NCBI GenBank assembly: GCA_005223125.1 | Contig: NJBH01000002.1 | Coordinates: 160,001 to 224,000 of the forward strand | Reading direction: 5' to 3' | DNA from: Promethearchaeota archaeon Loki_b32 | Lineage (GTDB): Archaea > Asgardarchaeota > Lokiarchaeia > Sigyniarchaeales > SOKP01 | DNA: 64,000 nucleotides | Shown here: positions 41,102 to 50,880 of the stretch, piece by piece | Position numbering within the stretch: position 1 is the stretch's first letter | How the letters are laid out: each line of letters opens with the position of its first letter | Notes under the pieces: model-generated | The model's input: only the letters and a program-made list of their open reading frames with translations | What the model was told of the DNA's origin: nothing | The model's database searches: none | Program-made: the position numbers and the translations under genes

Positions 41102-41253
41102 CTTTGTGGAACCCTGATGATGAAAGTTTGGAAAAATGCGTAGAATTCGGCAGAGATATAGCTAATACTAAATAATTAAATTTTTTTAATATATTTTTTA
41201 TTTCAAAATGTTAATATCAATAAGTAAGTCATGAAAAAATAAAACCAAAAATA
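41102..41253 (+). repeat. 152-bp direct repeat, right copy
   Basis: Copy of 38958-39109. Preceded by aattaacga (41093-41101), which matches 38938-38946 with an 11-bp deletion. Confidence 0.95.
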
Positions 41254-41269
41254 GAGATTATTTATTTTA

Positions 41270-41920
41270 TTAATGTTCATGTGGTAAAGGTTTTCCACAA
41301 AATGGACAAAATCTAAATCCTAAATCTTTACCGCAATAAGGGCAAAATTCCCCCTCTTTACTAACAGATCCTTTTACTTCAGCCCCCTCTTTAGGTATTG
41401 AAGGTAATTGTCTGGTTGTTTTTATTGTTGAGGTTGCTGTTTGCGCTTCCGCCTTTCTTGCTGCGACTGTCGCTTTAAACGCTTGTCGTCGCTCTTCCTC
41501 AAGTTCTCCCTGGGTTTGAGTTCCCTCTGTTTTTACCCACCCTTGAACCTGAGGCCTTTTTAATTCACTTTCTGGAACTTTGTCTAATTTTATTTCTTTA
41601 GTATCTGATAAAGGAACTACATCCTTCTTCTGAGCCCTCTTCTGCACGGCTTGTTTGGTAAGAGCTTGAGTTGTCTTCATAACTTGATGTGGATTAATAT
41701 TGGGAATAGCTACAGTTCTAAGAACCCAACCCACGATAAGATTTTGGTTTGGAAAATCACCTTCGACATCTTCATCCTTAAAAACGTAAGAATCGAGTAT
41801 ATTTTTTCCTTTGAGCATACGCACAGCCCATTTCTCATTAATAAGACCTAATTGAAGCCTATAAGACGTACCTGGAATGCCTAACTGTCCGGAAAGTGGC
41901 TCGAATCCTTTTTCAGTCAA
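41270..41920 (-). CDS. hypothetical protein with C-terminal double zinc ribbon (TTG start)
   Basis: Globular N-terminal domain, low-complexity linker, FCPYCG...FCPFCG. Confidence 0.8.
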   Translation of the reverse strand: MTEKGFEPLSGQLGIPGTSYRLQLGLINEKWAVRMLKGKNILDSYVFKDEDVEGDFPNQNLIVGWVLRTVAIPNINPHQVMKTTQALTKQAVQKRAQKKDVVPLSDTKEIKLDKVPESELKRPQVQGWVKTEGTQTQGELEEERRQAFKATVAARKAEAQTATSTIKTTRQLPSIPKEGAEVKGSVSKEGEFCPYCGKDLGFRFCPFCGKPLPHEH

Positions 41921-42129
41921 TATAAATCACTTTTTTTTTCTAAATTATATGGTTTCAGTAATACTATAATGATAAATTTTGAATTTAAATTATTTTTTAT
42001 TTATTGTAAAAATTTGTCTTATAGTTTAAAATTTTTTTAATTTAGATAAGTGATTAAAAACACATAAATACAAAAAATTGTATTAATTCGTAAAAAACCA
42101 TTTTTTAAAAAAAATAAGGAGATTTTACA

Positions 42130-43080
42130 ATGGTTGTTATTATTCCTAAGAGCGCATATCTAGCAGTAGTAGCTGCTTCTGTTAGATTTGCTAACGCACG
42201 TATTCCAAAAGGTGATTGGCTTGAGGTTAGCGGAATTTTTATAGGAAAGAATGAGGGTGATGATGTAATAATAACAGAAGCATATCCCATTATGCATCAA
42301 GAATTAGATAAAGATGCTGTAATCGATCAATATAAATGGTCTGATGACGATTATGTTGCTCTCAGTATTATTGATGATGAAGCATTTGGGAAAGGAGAAT
42401 TTACAATAGGATGGTGGCACAGTCACCCTGGGTTCAAAATTATGTTAAGCCATATTGACATTCAAACTACTCTCTCTTATCAACAAAATAATCCCTTAGC
42501 AATTTCACTGGTCTTCAACCCTACACGACTACTCCGGCAAATTGAAGTGGCAGATAAGAAAGGAGATCCTGATATACAATTAAAGAACGATCCAGGTTTT
42601 AAGATATTCAGGTTAGATGATGTTAATCGTGGTACTGAAGCTTCGTATCACACAGCAGATTTCAAAATTGAGGGATACGAAAGCATGGAACAGTTAAATG
42701 CATTAACTCAGAAATTTATTGTTGATATCACAAATTTTTTCCCAAAAGAAAAGGTTCCAAAGACATATAGTAAATTCATTGATGACCGCATAACACAATT
42801 GAATAGTTTATTTCTTGGAACTGAAGAATACTTAACTACTTTGACACATCGGGGTGAAAAGGCAAGAATACCAGAAGTACTAGAAAATCAAAGTGTAGAA
42901 ATTCGTAAATTTGTGGCAGAAACATTTGTCAAAATAGAAAATATCAAAGAATTCATGAATTATTTAGAATATAAAGAGAAGGAAGTAATTATACCCCAAA
43001 TTGAGAGTATTCTACACAAATGGGATGAACAAGTTGCAGGAGTAGACAAAAGATTAAAGCAAATAAAGAAGAAATTTTAA
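42130..43080 (+). CDS. JAMM/MPN+ metalloprotease with helical C-terminal domain
   Basis: 'EVSGIFIG', 'GWWHSHPGFKIMLSHIDI', 'LVFNP'; GGAG SD. Confidence 0.9.
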   Translation: MVVIIPKSAYLAVVAASVRFANARIPKGDWLEVSGIFIGKNEGDDVIITEAYPIMHQELDKDAVIDQYKWSDDDYVALSIIDDEAFGKGEFTIGWWHSHPGFKIMLSHIDIQTTLSYQQNNPLAISLVFNPTRLLRQIEVADKKGDPDIQLKNDPGFKIFRLDDVNRGTEASYHTADFKIEGYESMEQLNALTQKFIVDITNFFPKEKVPKTYSKFIDDRITQLNSLFLGTEEYLTTLTHRGEKARIPEVLENQSVEIRKFVAETFVKIENIKEFMNYLEYKEKEVIIPQIESILHKWDEQVAGVDKRLKQIKKKF

Positions 43081-43204
43081 TTTAAATCCTAATTTTCATC
43101 TTATTTTTAGTTTTGATAAATTTTTATTTGATTCCGCTTTTCTTTGATTAAATATACGATTATTTATTACAAAATCAGAGAATTTTTAGAACACGGTCCT
43201 TATA

Positions 43205-45409
43205 ATGAGAAAAATTAACTTCCCCTTTTCTGCGATTCTTGGTCAAGATAAAATGAAGATGGGGCTAGTTCTGAATGTTATTGACCCTGCTATTGGAGGG
43301 ATCCTCTTAACTGGTCACCAAGGTACTGGGAAAAGCACAGCAGTAAGATCTCTCGTAGAATTGATGCCTCAAATAGAAGTCATTAAAGGTTGTGAATTTT
43401 CATGCGATCCTAATTCAGATATCGATGATTTATGTCAAGGGTGTATTGAGAGAAAGGAAAGGAAAACAATTGAGACTGAATTCAGGGATATGTGGCTAGT
43501 AAATTTACCTTTGGGTGTTACAGAAGATATGGTATGTGGAAGTCTATCTATAGACAAGGTTTTAACTGAAGGAATAAGAGCATTACATCCAGGTTTACTT
43601 GCTAAAGCAAATAGAGGAATTCTATATGTGGATGAAATAAATCTGCTTCAAGATCATATTGTCGATGTCCTCTTAGACTCTGCTGCCTCAGGAGTAAATA
43701 TTATAGAAAGAGAAGGCATTTCTGTATCACACCCTTCAAGATTCGTATTAGTTGGTTCTATGAATCCAGAAGAAGGTGATTTGCGACCTCAAATTGCTGA
43801 TCGTCTCGGCTTAGAAGTTAGAATAAAAGCACCTCGAGATCCCGAATTACGTGCTGAAATAACAAGAAGAGTTATAGAATTTGATGATCATCCAAAAGAA
43901 TTCATTAAAAATTTTGAAGATGAACAGGAGAAATTAAGGCAACATATATTAAATGCTAGAAATGTCTTGAAAGAAGTTCAAATTCCGAGCTCTGTTTATG
44001 AATTCGTATCAAAAATTGTAAATGAATTAGAGATATTTTCACAAAGAGCAGATATTACTTTTATAAGATGTGCTAGAGCTAATGCTGCTTTGAATAATAG
44101 AAAGGAAATATTAGAAGATGATCTAAATGTAGCAATGGATTTAGTATTTGAACATAGAATTCAATCACTTCATTATGAAATGACACCAGAAGAGATTAAA
44201 TCTAAGATTGCTGAAGTTTATGGAAAAATAAAAGAAGCTTATGAGAATACTAAAGTTCTCCAACCGAATAGAGAAACCGAGGGACCTTTAAAACATGATG
44301 ATGGCTCTCAAAAGGAGTTTAAACGTCAATCGGTCGACCCTGATAAAGTTGACATTCCTGAGACTCAAGAACAGAAATTACCTCCTCCAAAATATCCAGA
44401 TAACAAAAAAAGAAACCCTAAACCTGCCGGTGGTTGGAAGGTAAAGAATATTCCTTATGATGATGATCTTAGATTTTTTGAAGATAAAAAAACAGCAATT
44501 ACATTTATTTATAAGATGGAAAAGAAAATGACATCCATCCTAGATAATATTAGAAAAGATCGAAAGATATCTGATTATGGTGGTAGAGGAATAGGAAGGA
44601 GAATTAAAATATCGTCATCTCAAAAAGGAAGATATGTGTCTTATAGAACCCCAATTCGTGAACAACCAAACAGGATTGCTTTAGATGCAACAATCAGAAA
44701 TTATCTTAAAAATACTATTTATAATAAAACAGAGATTGATTTTCCTATACATTTTAATAGATACGATTTAATGGATAAAATCTATGAGTATAGAGCACCA
44801 TTAGCTCTCTTTTTTGTTCTAGATAGTTCAGCATCTATGCATTATGTAATAAAACAAATGACAGATGTAATCTTATCTCTACATCGGGAGGGGTATAGAA
44901 AGAGAGATAAAATAGCATTAATAATTTTTCGTGGTAAAGAGGCTGTTGTCTTGCAGAAACCAACAGTTAATTTTAAAACAGCGGTTAATAAATTGAAAAA
45001 AATCGAGGGTAAATCATATACTCCAATGGCTGCAGGACTAAAAAAAGTATCTGAACTAATAAGAGTTGAAAAATTGAAAGCGAGAAACATTATTCCCATT
45101 GTCTTTATCTGTAGCGACTGTGGAGCAAATATTTCCGTTAAATATCCTGATTTAATAGCACAAATTGAGACAGATTATACTCTAATTACAAATGAATTAA
45201 AAGAGCTAACAAAAAAATTATCAAAACAAAATATCCATATGGTTGTGCTCGAACCGAAAAAATCCTATGCAACACATGCTCTGGGGGTACATACATATTC
45301 CGCAGGACATATTAAAAAGAACTTTAAGAAGTACGCAAATGCTCAGATTTATAAATTCAACAAATATAATCCCAACTCTTTAATATTAGAATTGAAAAAG
45401 ATTCTCTAA
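43205..45409 (+). CDS. magnesium/cobalt chelatase subunit I/D-like AAA+ ATPase with C-terminal vWA domain
   Basis: 'FPFSAILGQ', Walker A 'GHQGTGKST', 'PGLLAKANRGILYVDEINLL', 'MNPEEG', Pro-rich linker, MIDAS 'LDSSASM'. Confidence 0.88.
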   Translation: MRKINFPFSAILGQDKMKMGLVLNVIDPAIGGILLTGHQGTGKSTAVRSLVELMPQIEVIKGCEFSCDPNSDIDDLCQGCIERKERKTIETEFRDMWLVNLPLGVTEDMVCGSLSIDKVLTEGIRALHPGLLAKANRGILYVDEINLLQDHIVDVLLDSAASGVNIIEREGISVSHPSRFVLVGSMNPEEGDLRPQIADRLGLEVRIKAPRDPELRAEITRRVIEFDDHPKEFIKNFEDEQEKLRQHILNARNVLKEVQIPSSVYEFVSKIVNELEIFSQRADITFIRCARANAALNNRKEILEDDLNVAMDLVFEHRIQSLHYEMTPEEIKSKIAEVYGKIKEAYENTKVLQPNRETEGPLKHDDGSQKEFKRQSVDPDKVDIPETQEQKLPPPKYPDNKKRNPKPAGGWKVKNIPYDDDLRFFEDKKTAITFIYKMEKKMTSILDNIRKDRKISDYGGRGIGRRIKISSSQKGRYVSYRTPIREQPNRIALDATIRNYLKNTIYNKTEIDFPIHFNRYDLMDKIYEYRAPLALFFVLDSSASMHYVIKQMTDVILSLHREGYRKRDKIALIIFRGKEAVVLQKPTVNFKTAVNKLKKIEGKSYTPMAAGLKKVSELIRVEKLKARNIIPIVFICSDCGANISVKYPDLIAQIETDYTLITNELKELTKKLSKQNIHMVVLEPKKSYATHALGVHTYSAGHIKKNFKKYANAQIYKFNKYNPNSLILELKKIL

Positions 45410-45452
45410 CCATATATAATTGCTTTAAATTTTACATCTTTTATATTTTATA

Positions 45453-46694
45453 ATGGTCAATAATTCAAATTCAGTACTTCTAGTAGGTTTTAATACTCGT
45501 CCCTTAGCCTATTCATTAAGGAACGCTGGTTACAAGGTCTATACCGTGGATTTTTTCGGTGATATGGATCTTTATCCATATGTAGATGATTATATTATTG
45601 TACTGAAAGAGTTGGAAAGTAATTATTCTTCTTTGAAAAATAAATATAGTAAGTCTTTAGCTCATTTTGCTATGGAATTGCATCGTAAACATAGAGAAGT
45701 AAGGTTTTTATTAATAGGAAGTGGTTTAGATGATGCTTATGAAGAGAGGGAACTTATATTAGAGGAAATTAAAAGTTTTAATACTATTAACGTCAATAAT
45801 GATTTACAAACAATTAGGAAATCAAGAGATGTTAAATATCTTTTTAATCTTCTAAAATCAAATGGTTATAAGGTACCTTTATCGTACAATTTTGAAACAT
45901 TTCAAATAAAAAAGTTAAGCATGGAATTTCCTTTCATATTAAAAAAAAAGAGAAGCGCGGGGGGGACAAATGTTTATAAAATTGAAGACATAAAGAATTT
46001 AGTGTCTCAGATACAAATCCTTGAAAAGAGAGAATTCATTCCATCAGAATGGATAATTCAAGAATATATTGAAGGGATTCCTGTTAGTTGTACGGTAGTT
46101 TCAAATGGTAAAGAGTGTGAAATTATATCTATTAATCGACAAATCATTGGTGAAAAGTTTCTTAATGCTCCTAAAGATTTTATGTATTGTGGAAATATTG
46201 TACCTGCTGGATTATCGGAAGATGAGGAAAAAATCATAGCTGAGATGTCGATATATTCAACTATAGAATTGGGACTAAAAGGAATTAATGGATTTGATTT
46301 TGTTCTAAAAGACCAATATCCATACCTTATGGAATGTAATCCAAGAATTCCTGGCTCAATTAGAGCCTCAGAATCTGTATTGGATTTGAATCTTTTAGAT
46401 CTTCACATTAAAAGCTTTATACCTAATGAATGGGAAGATATTAAAAATTTACTTAAATCAAGAGAAATTAAAACTGTTGCAACAAAGTTAATCTTTTTTG
46501 CTCCGAAAGAAATTGATAAAGATATTGTGCCTAAAATTAATTATCTGAAATTTATTCACGATAAATCTGAACCAATTAAAAATATTTTGAAGGGTGAACC
46601 CATATGTACAATATTATATAAAGCAAAAAACTTTTCTGAATCTTATTCAGGAGCAAAAAAGATTGTAAATAAGATATATAGAATTATTGAATAA
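45453..46694 (+). CDS. ATP-grasp domain protein (archaeal / C1-cofactor-linked carboligase type)
   Basis: 'RPLAYS...AGY.V..VDFFGD.DL', 'SAGG', 'QEYIEG', 'G.NGFDF', 'ECNPR'. Confidence 0.85.
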   Translation: MVNNSNSVLLVGFNTRPLAYSLRNAGYKVYTVDFFGDMDLYPYVDDYIIVLKELESNYSSLKNKYSKSLAHFAMELHRKHREVRFLLIGSGLDDAYEERELILEEIKSFNTINVNNDLQTIRKSRDVKYLFNLLKSNGYKVPLSYNFETFQIKKLSMEFPFILKKKRSAGGTNVYKIEDIKNLVSQIQILEKREFIPSEWIIQEYIEGIPVSCTVVSNGKECEIISINRQIIGEKFLNAPKDFMYCGNIVPAGLSEDEEKIIAEMSIYSTIELGLKGINGFDFVLKDQYPYLMECNPRIPGSIRASESVLDLNLLDLHIKSFIPNEWEDIKNLLKSREIKTVATKLIFFAPKEIDKDIVPKINYLKFIHDKSEPIKNILKGEPICTILYKAKNFSESYSGAKKIVNKIYRIIE

Positions 46695-46713
46695 TCTGTT
46701 CTATTAAATTATC

Positions 46714-47451
46714 CTACTGAATTATTGCCTTTATCTTAGCGATATATTGGCCTAGTTTCCTCCCATCTGACTCAGGAACCGCAAGTGCTAAAACCCTATT
46801 CTCATCTAAATCATGTAATATGACTGATCCATTCTCTCCACCTATTATAGAATACTCCATATGACTTTCTAATAAGACACCAGATAAATTATATAATGCT
46901 GCAACCATAGCTGAAAGAATTGGTTCAGGCATAGTGGATTGAATTTTAATCGGCAATCCATCTTTAGTAATTATTGCTAAAACGAGAGTATTCGGGATTG
47001 CTCTCTTTAGACCTTTAAATATTTCTTCTTTAAGAATGTCCGATGTTTCAATAATTGCAGATACTTTTAGAGCCAATCTTTGTAGTCTATTTATATATGA
47101 ATCTAATCCTTCGAGTTCCGCCATTTCTCGATTTAAATAAGTTATCATGGTTATATTTTCTGCCAAAATAGATAGAACAATCTTTTCCTTACCAATAATT
47201 AAGTTATAAGATACTTCCTGATTCAGGGAGTCCCTCAGCATTTTAGATGAAAGAAATACAAGGCTACTATTTGCTGCTGTAACTTCACCTGTTGTCATCT
47301 TAATATCTTTTTTGAAAATACTTGCGATTTTTGTACCCTCCGCCGTTCCAATATTAATACCAATTATGGCTGATGCTGATTCAAGCTCTTTTTCTATTAT
47401 TTCTAACACATCAGATTTTAATTCTTCTAAAATTTTTTCTTGTTTCTCCAT
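46714..47451 (-). CDS. tandem Roadblock/LC7-domain protein
   Basis: Two units: 'IGTAEGTKIAS...TAANSSLV...NLIIGKE' and 'IITKDGLPI...SAMVAALY...SIIGGENG'. Confidence 0.82.
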   Translation of the reverse strand: MEKQEKILEELKSDVLEIIEKELESASAIIGINIGTAEGTKIASIFKKDIKMTTGEVTAANSSLVFLSSKMLRDSLNQEVSYNLIIGKEKIVLSILAENITMITYLNREMAELEGLDSYINRLQRLALKVSAIIETSDILKEEIFKGLKRAIPNTLVLAIITKDGLPIKIQSTMPEPILSAMVAALYNLSGVLLESHMEYSIIGGENGSVILHDLDENRVLALAVPESDGRKLGQYIAKIKAIIQ

Positions 47452-47694
47452 AAATCAATATTAGGATATTTGAAAATAAAAAGGTATTCTAATAATTCAG
47501 TAATAATTTTAAGAATATATGTAATAATATTAGTAAAGCTCTCAACATAAAAGACAAATTTATTACTAAAAATGGGAAAAAATGTAATCATTATAGTAAA
47601 AATTATAAATATTAAATATTATGACCTTTTTAATAGATTACATTTTAACTTCAATTACCAATCCAATTTTAATTCAGATACAAAGCGATCTTTA

Positions 47695-48519
47695 ATGAAT
47701 GATATAAATTTAATGAATGAAATCAATTCCTTAAAAAAACAATTAGAGGCTAAAGATAACCTCATCAAATTAAAAGATGAAATGGTTAAGGCCCTTGAAA
47801 ATTCTCTAAAATTAAAAGATGAAACGATTGAAACTCTCGAGAAAACAATAAAAACTAAAGACGAAAGCGTGAAAACATTAGAAAAAACTGTAGCACTAAA
47901 GGAAGAAGAAATTAAAAAATTAAGTTCTTCTACTGTTAATCAAAATCTCTTAAAAGAAAAGGATGAAACAATCGCTCAACTTCAAAAAGAAATAGAAATT
48001 TTAAATGAAGAATTAACTAAAGCAGATGAAGATTTAGAAAGCTTAGAATTAGAAATTGAGAAACTTAGAAAGGCTCAAACTAGTTCTATGGATGTAGAAA
48101 TTATTGATTTTACAAATGCAAAAATAAATAAATCTGAAATTCTAGCAAAAATGCGAGAAATATTAGAGAATGCTATTTCTAATGTTACAATTGTGGTTCC
48201 TAACATTGAAGAATTACAAGATCTTTACCTTTATGAACTTAGATCCTCTGTTTCTATGAATATAGCTTGTGGAATTAATCCAGGAATCGATCAACATGCC
48301 GAACTCCTAGATGAATTTGAAAGTCTAGATAACATTTCTCTTAGAAATTATGAAAGAAAAGATAGGTATGTATTAACAAGAGATGGAGAAGAACTTTTAA
48401 TAGCTGTTATAGGGAAATCTGAAGACAATAATCTAGTAATCCATACAAAAGATCCAAAACACTTCCGTATCTTAAATTCATTAGCCACAGAAAGTTGGAT
48501 ACAGAGTAGAAAAGTCTGA
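47695..48519 (+). CDS. coiled-coil protein with C-terminal TrmB-sensor/PLD-like alpha/beta domain
   Basis: 14-aa periodic coiled coil (LKDEMVKALENSLK / LKDETIETLEKTIK / TKDESVKTLEKTVA); 'MREILENAISNVTIVVP', 'RDGEELLIA', '..W..S'. ATG at 47695 is more plausible than the track's 47572. Confidence 0.7.
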   Translation: MNDINLMNEINSLKKQLEAKDNLIKLKDEMVKALENSLKLKDETIETLEKTIKTKDESVKTLEKTVALKEEEIKKLSSSTVNQNLLKEKDETIAQLQKEIEILNEELTKADEDLESLELEIEKLRKAQTSSMDVEIIDFTNAKINKSEILAKMREILENAISNVTIVVPNIEELQDLYLYELRSSVSMNIACGINPGIDQHAELLDEFESLDNISLRNYERKDRYVLTRDGEELLIAVIGKSEDNNLVIHTKDPKHFRILNSLATESWIQSRKV

Positions 48520-48575
48520 AAACTTACTCTTTTTTAGAAAACAAGACATTTTTACTTTTTTAATTTATCCTCTTT

Positions 48576-49436
48576 TTAAATTTCTATAAACGTCCTTTTT
48601 CTTTTATTAAAATGAGCTAATTGATTATAACCAATTTTCTTCAACAACTTTAACATTTTATTAAATTCATATGCCAAATCATTTGGATGATGAGCATCTG
48701 ATGCTAATAAAACAGAAATATCAAGATTAAATATTTCTTTTATGATTTCCTCGCTTGGATATTGTTCGTTTATTTCTTTTCTTAGCCCGCCAGTATTAAT
48801 CTCAATCGTTAAATCTGCTTTCTTTGCTAGCTCAAGTGTCTTAATTGCTTCATTCATAACTAATTCTTTATTATTGGCTCTTTTGTTATATTTTTTTGGC
48901 AAATCAAAATGACTTAAAATATCAAAATTAAATTTCTCTGAATTTATCATATGTTGTAGTTTATGATAATATTCTAAATAGATACTATCGATACTCTCGT
49001 ATTCCTTATACATGCTTAAGAACCTCCTATCATCAAAAGCAAATAATTTTGATTTTCCGTGTAGTACATGCACTGATCCTAAAATATAATCTAATTTATC
49101 CACTCTACTATAAAATTCTTTTTCTAAATTTACTTCATGACTTCTAAAATAATCAATTTCAAATGCAGTCCTTATCTGAATGTCATTGTTATATTTTATC
49201 TTTAGTTTTTCAATAGACGAGAGGTAGGAATCAACTTCATTTAACCTCATCGCATATTCGTGATAAGGGACTTCTTCTATTGAAACAGGACTGTTCTCAA
49301 GATACTCATAAGGGAAATGATCACTTATTCCAATAAGATCTAAATTTATCTCAATAGCTTTTTTAATGTAATCCTCAATTGTGCCCTCAGCATGCCGACA
49401 TAATTTATTATGAGTGTGCCAATCTTCTAAAAACAT
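48576..49436 (-). CDS. PHP-family histidinol-phosphatase-like protein
   Basis: 'DWHTH...C.HA.G', 'SDHFP', 'LGSVH', 'SHFD', 'EINT', 'SDAH'. Confidence 0.88.
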   Translation of the reverse strand: MFLEDWHTHNKLCRHAEGTIEDYIKKAIEINLDLIGISDHFPYEYLENSPVSIEEVPYHEYAMRLNEVDSYLSSIEKLKIKYNNDIQIRTAFEIDYFRSHEVNLEKEFYSRVDKLDYILGSVHVLHGKSKLFAFDDRRFLSMYKEYESIDSIYLEYYHKLQHMINSEKFNFDILSHFDLPKKYNKRANNKELVMNEAIKTLELAKKADLTIEINTGGLRKEINEQYPSEEIIKEIFNLDISVLLASDAHHPNDLAYEFNKMLKLLKKIGYNQLAHFNKRKRTFIEI

Positions 49437-49501
49437 CTTGTATTTATTAAATAGTAGAAATAAGATAAAATTGATGATTAAATAATATTAGTGGATTTTG
49501 T

Positions 49502-50311
49502 TTGGAATTCAAAAATAAAGAATTTGACGGACCTTATGAAGTGAGTGAAATTCAAATTAACAACAATGGGCAATTACTTAGAGGATTATTGTACTTTCCT
49601 TCAGAAAATTTTAAAAAACCATATTCTGTAGTTATTTACTTCCATGGGTTCCCCCAAATATTTAGTTTGACAGAAATTGTGAAAAATTATAAATTCCTTT
49701 TAGATCTCGGTTATGCATTCATAGTTTTCAATTTTAGAGGATTTCGGTTTAGTGAGGGGCAGGTATCAATTAATTCTCAAGTATCTGACAGTCTAAAAAT
49801 AATTGAATTCGTAGAAATAATGATAAAAAACAACATATTCAATATAAATGATATTAACATTCTTGGACATGATTTTGGAGCTTATATTGCACTAATTTTG
49901 TGTTCTAAAATTAATTTGATAAATAGATTATTGTTAATCAGTCCAATTTTAAATGTAAAAAAACTTGTGTATAGTGAAGATTTCCCAAAAACCCTAAGTT
50001 ATATTAATAGATTTCTTCCTGGAAATGTAAAGGGAATTGAAATTATTAACCAATTTATTGATTTAACAAAAGAAGAATTAAATAATATTGAATTTCAAAT
50101 CGAAAATTTTTTGAATTATTTAAAAAATAGACTGCTTAAAATTATTATTGGCAGTATTGATAAACTCTCTCCTTTATCTGAAGTCAAAACAATATTAACC
50201 AATGCAAATATACCATATGAGTTAATATCTATAATTGATATGGATCATGATTGTGTTGATGATGAGGAATTGGAAAAATTGAATAAAGAAATAATTAATT
50301 ATTTCATATAA
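49502..50311 (+). CDS. alpha/beta hydrolase with Asp at the nucleophile elbow
   Basis: 'YFHGFP', 'FNFRG...SEG', 'GHDFG', late 'DH'. Confidence 0.78.
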   Translation: MEFKNKEFDGPYEVSEIQINNNGQLLRGLLYFPSENFKKPYSVVIYFHGFPQIFSLTEIVKNYKFLLDLGYAFIVFNFRGFRFSEGQVSINSQVSDSLKIIEFVEIMIKNNIFNINDINILGHDFGAYIALILCSKINLINRLLLISPILNVKKLVYSEDFPKTLSYINRFLPGNVKGIEIINQFIDLTKEELNNIEFQIENFLNYLKNRLLKIIIGSIDKLSPLSEVKTILTNANIPYELISIIDMDHDCVDDEELEKLNKEIINYFI

Positions 50312-50338
50312 ACGTGTTTTCTTAGAAGGTGTCTAAAT

Positions 50339-50827
50339 TTGGCAAAATATCATATGAGACGGATTGAAAAAGAAATCTCAAATAGAGAAGAATTGATAGG
50401 AATCCTAAAAAGTGGAAAATATACTATTATTTCCCTATGCAAAGAGAATGAACCATATATTATCACCCTAAGTTATGGATACGATGAGTCTAAACATGCT
50501 TTGTATTTCCACTGTGCTAAAGAAGGGCAAAAAATAGATTTTATAAAAGCTAATCCCCATATATGTGGAACTGTTATAGAAGACAATGGTTATGAGGATG
50601 GTTGTGGTCAAGCATTTCGCTCAATTGTATTTAGGGGAAAAATGGTAATTGTTGAAGCTTTAGATGAAAAAAAGAAAGGATTAGATATTTTAATAAATCA
50701 CTTGGAAAAAGATCCTAATCCTATTAAGAATAAATTCTTAAAGAAAGAAAATACCTATGAAAACTTAGGGATGTTGAGATTAGATATAACTGATATTTCT
50801 GGTAAAGAGGAAAAAGCAGAATCTTAA
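50339..50827 (+). CDS. pyridoxamine 5'-phosphate oxidase-like / NimA family protein
   Basis: 'MRR.EKEI', 'PY...LSYGY', 'LYFHCAKEG.K', 'ISGK'. Confidence 0.88.
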   Translation: MAKYHMRRIEKEISNREELIGILKSGKYTIISLCKENEPYIITLSYGYDESKHALYFHCAKEGQKIDFIKANPHICGTVIEDNGYEDGCGQAFRSIVFRGKMVIVEALDEKKKGLDILINHLEKDPNPIKNKFLKKENTYENLGMLRLDITDISGKEEKAES

Positions 50828-50880
50828 CATTTTACATCATATAATATTATAATTTTCTTTAAACTTGTTTTTAATTTTCA

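Noticed and set aside
43205-45409. Chlorophyll or cobalamin chelatase function for the ChlI/ChlD-like gene
   Set aside because: No ChlH/CobN subunit or tetrapyrrole genes in the window; only the AAA-vWA architecture is supported.
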